From assembly GCA_963785045.1 (NCBI GenBank), contig CAWAUC010000004.1, positions 52,616 through 116,615 on the forward strand: a stretch of 64,000 bases of DNA, read 5' to 3'. A model generated the notes under the pieces. That model searched no databases. It was not told where the DNA came from and saw only the letters and a program-made list of their open reading frames with translations. This stretch comes from an uncultured delta proteobacterium. GTDB lineage: Bacteria > Desulfobacterota > Desulfobacteria > Desulfobacterales > SpSt-501. The position numbers and the translations under genes are program-made. Below, one piece after another: positions 63,169-64,000 of this stretch (within the stretch, counting starts at the first letter, position 1; each line of letters begins with the position of its first letter).

Positions 63169-64000
63169 GCAAATGCCACGCGACACCGCATACACCGAAT
63201 GCCTCGAGACGATGTTCGCGTTGAGGCGCTTCGGGATCAAGCTGGGGCTGGCCACCATCCGCCGCATGCTCTCCGGGTTGGACAACCCTCAACGGCGCTA
63301 TCGCTGCATCCATATCGCCGGCACGAACGGCAAGGGCTCGGTCGCATCGAGCCTGGCCGCCATCCTCACGAAGTCCGGCTACCGGGTGGGGCTTTACACC
63401 TCTCCGCACCTGGTGCGTTTCAACGAACGCATCCAGGTCGACGGTGAAGCGATTTCCGACATGCAGATCGTACGCCTCTTCCGGCGGGTTCAGCCGACTT
63501 GGGCCGGGGGCCGCGAACCCACGTTTTTCGAATTCACTACCGCCATGGCCCTGGCTGAGTTTGCCCGCCGCAAGGTCGAATGGGCCGTGATCGAGACCGG
63601 AATGGGCGGCCGCCTGGATGCCACCAACGTGATCACCCCGGAGCTTAGCCTGGTCACGAACATCTCCCTGGAGCACCGCGAATACCTGGGGGACACCATC
63701 GACCGGATCGCCTTTGAAAAAGCAGGCATCGTCAAGCGCCGCACCCCGGTCGTCACGGGCATCAGGCAACCATCGGCGTTTTCCGTCCTGTCTGAAACGG
63801 CGCGACAACGGTCGGCACCGCTCTACCGCCTGGGTTCCGAGTTCCGGGTCCGCCGCCGGGCGGACGGGACCTTCACCTATTCCGGCATCGAACACGTCTG
63901 GACCGGCCTGGCAACCGGCCTGCGCGGCGATCACCAGGTGCAAAACGCCGCCCTCGTCCTGGCGGCCTGCGAGCTCCTGCTGCCGAAAGCCCCTCAGATC
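63167..64000 (+). CDS. folC: Bifunctional folylpolyglutamate synthase / dihydrofolate synthase, 5' partial (runs off window end)
   Basis: ...FGIKLGLATIRRMLSGLDNP...HIAGTNGKGSV (P-loop)...VIETGMGGRLDATNV. Not in the ORF track because there is no stop inside the window. Confidence 0.8.
   Translation, partial: MQMPRDTAYTECLETMFALRRFGIKLGLATIRRMLSGLDNPQRRYRCIHIAGTNGKGSVASSLAAILTKSGYRVGLYTSPHLVRFNERIQVDGEAISDMQIVRLFRRVQPTWAGGREPTFFEFTTAMALAEFARRKVEWAVIETGMGGRLDATNVITPELSLVTNISLEHREYLGDTIDRIAFEKAGIVKRRTPVVTGIRQPSAFSVLSETARQRSAPLYRLGSEFRVRRRADGTFTYSGIEHVWTGLATGLRGDHQVQNAALVLAACELLLPKAPQI

Noticed and set aside
63131-63943. 270-aa minus-strand ORF
   Set aside because: Antisense to the folC 5' part. 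folC itself is missing from the ORF track because it has no in-window stop.

Overview
This is a 64-kb stretch of a high-GC bacterial chromosome. Sigma-54-type pilin promoter, minor-pilin operon, superoxide reductase and caa3/bc respiratory genes together suggest a deltaproteobacterium-like anaerobe or microaerophile. That placement is an inference from gene content only.

Layout, left to right:
- 1-4.4 kb: a HAD/trehalose-phosphatase fusion, a frameshifted EEP nuclease/phosphatase, a truncated PLD-like fragment, a 1Fe superoxide reductase and a 43-aa OsmC-like remnant.
- 4.4-10.4 kb: two divergent paralogous PAS hybrid histidine kinases (HisKA_3 + HATPase + C-terminal receiver) with an IS200/IS605 tnpA element between them.
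- 10.4-17.7 kb: a minus-strand respiratory cluster: ctaC (caa3-type subunit II with cytochrome c), ctaD, ctaE, ctaG, a small membrane ORF, a Rieske protein, a cytochrome b/subunit-IV/cytochrome-c fusion and ctaB.
- 18-21.6 kb: a LapA-like gene and an MscS-family channel.
- ~21.7-28.8 kb: a low-GC island abutting tRNA-Ser(CGA). It holds an AsmA-like protein, a DUF4197 protein, two small secreted Gly/Tyr/His-rich proteins, a lipoprotein, degenerate IS481-family transposase fragments and a truncated tyrosine integrase.
- 29-38 kb: core genes (TrmN6-like methyltransferase, DUF721, hflKC, PilZ, an HExxH protein, FmdB, groESL, a LysM protein).
- 38.9-44.9 kb: minor-pilin operon fimT-pilV-pilW-pilX-pilY1 with a sigma-54 promoter.
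- 45-64 kb: a conserved housekeeping block (purQ, purSL, rseP, dxr, cdsA, uppS, frr, pyrH, tsf, rpsB, prmC, prfA, rpmE, rho, cca, adk, rpsU, folC 5' part).

Two related families of ~150-220-bp intergenic repeats with terminal inverted repeats occur in four and two copies. Many conserved genes (hflC, cdsA, HK2, pilY1, pilX, tnpA, EEP) carry 1-nt indel frameshifts. Most of those I localised sit in G/C runs, which points to sequencing or assembly error rather than true pseudogenes. The ORF track prints GTG/TTG starts as M, so several starts were re-placed at internal ATGs with an RBS. I found no CRISPR array, no obvious defence system and no rRNA.
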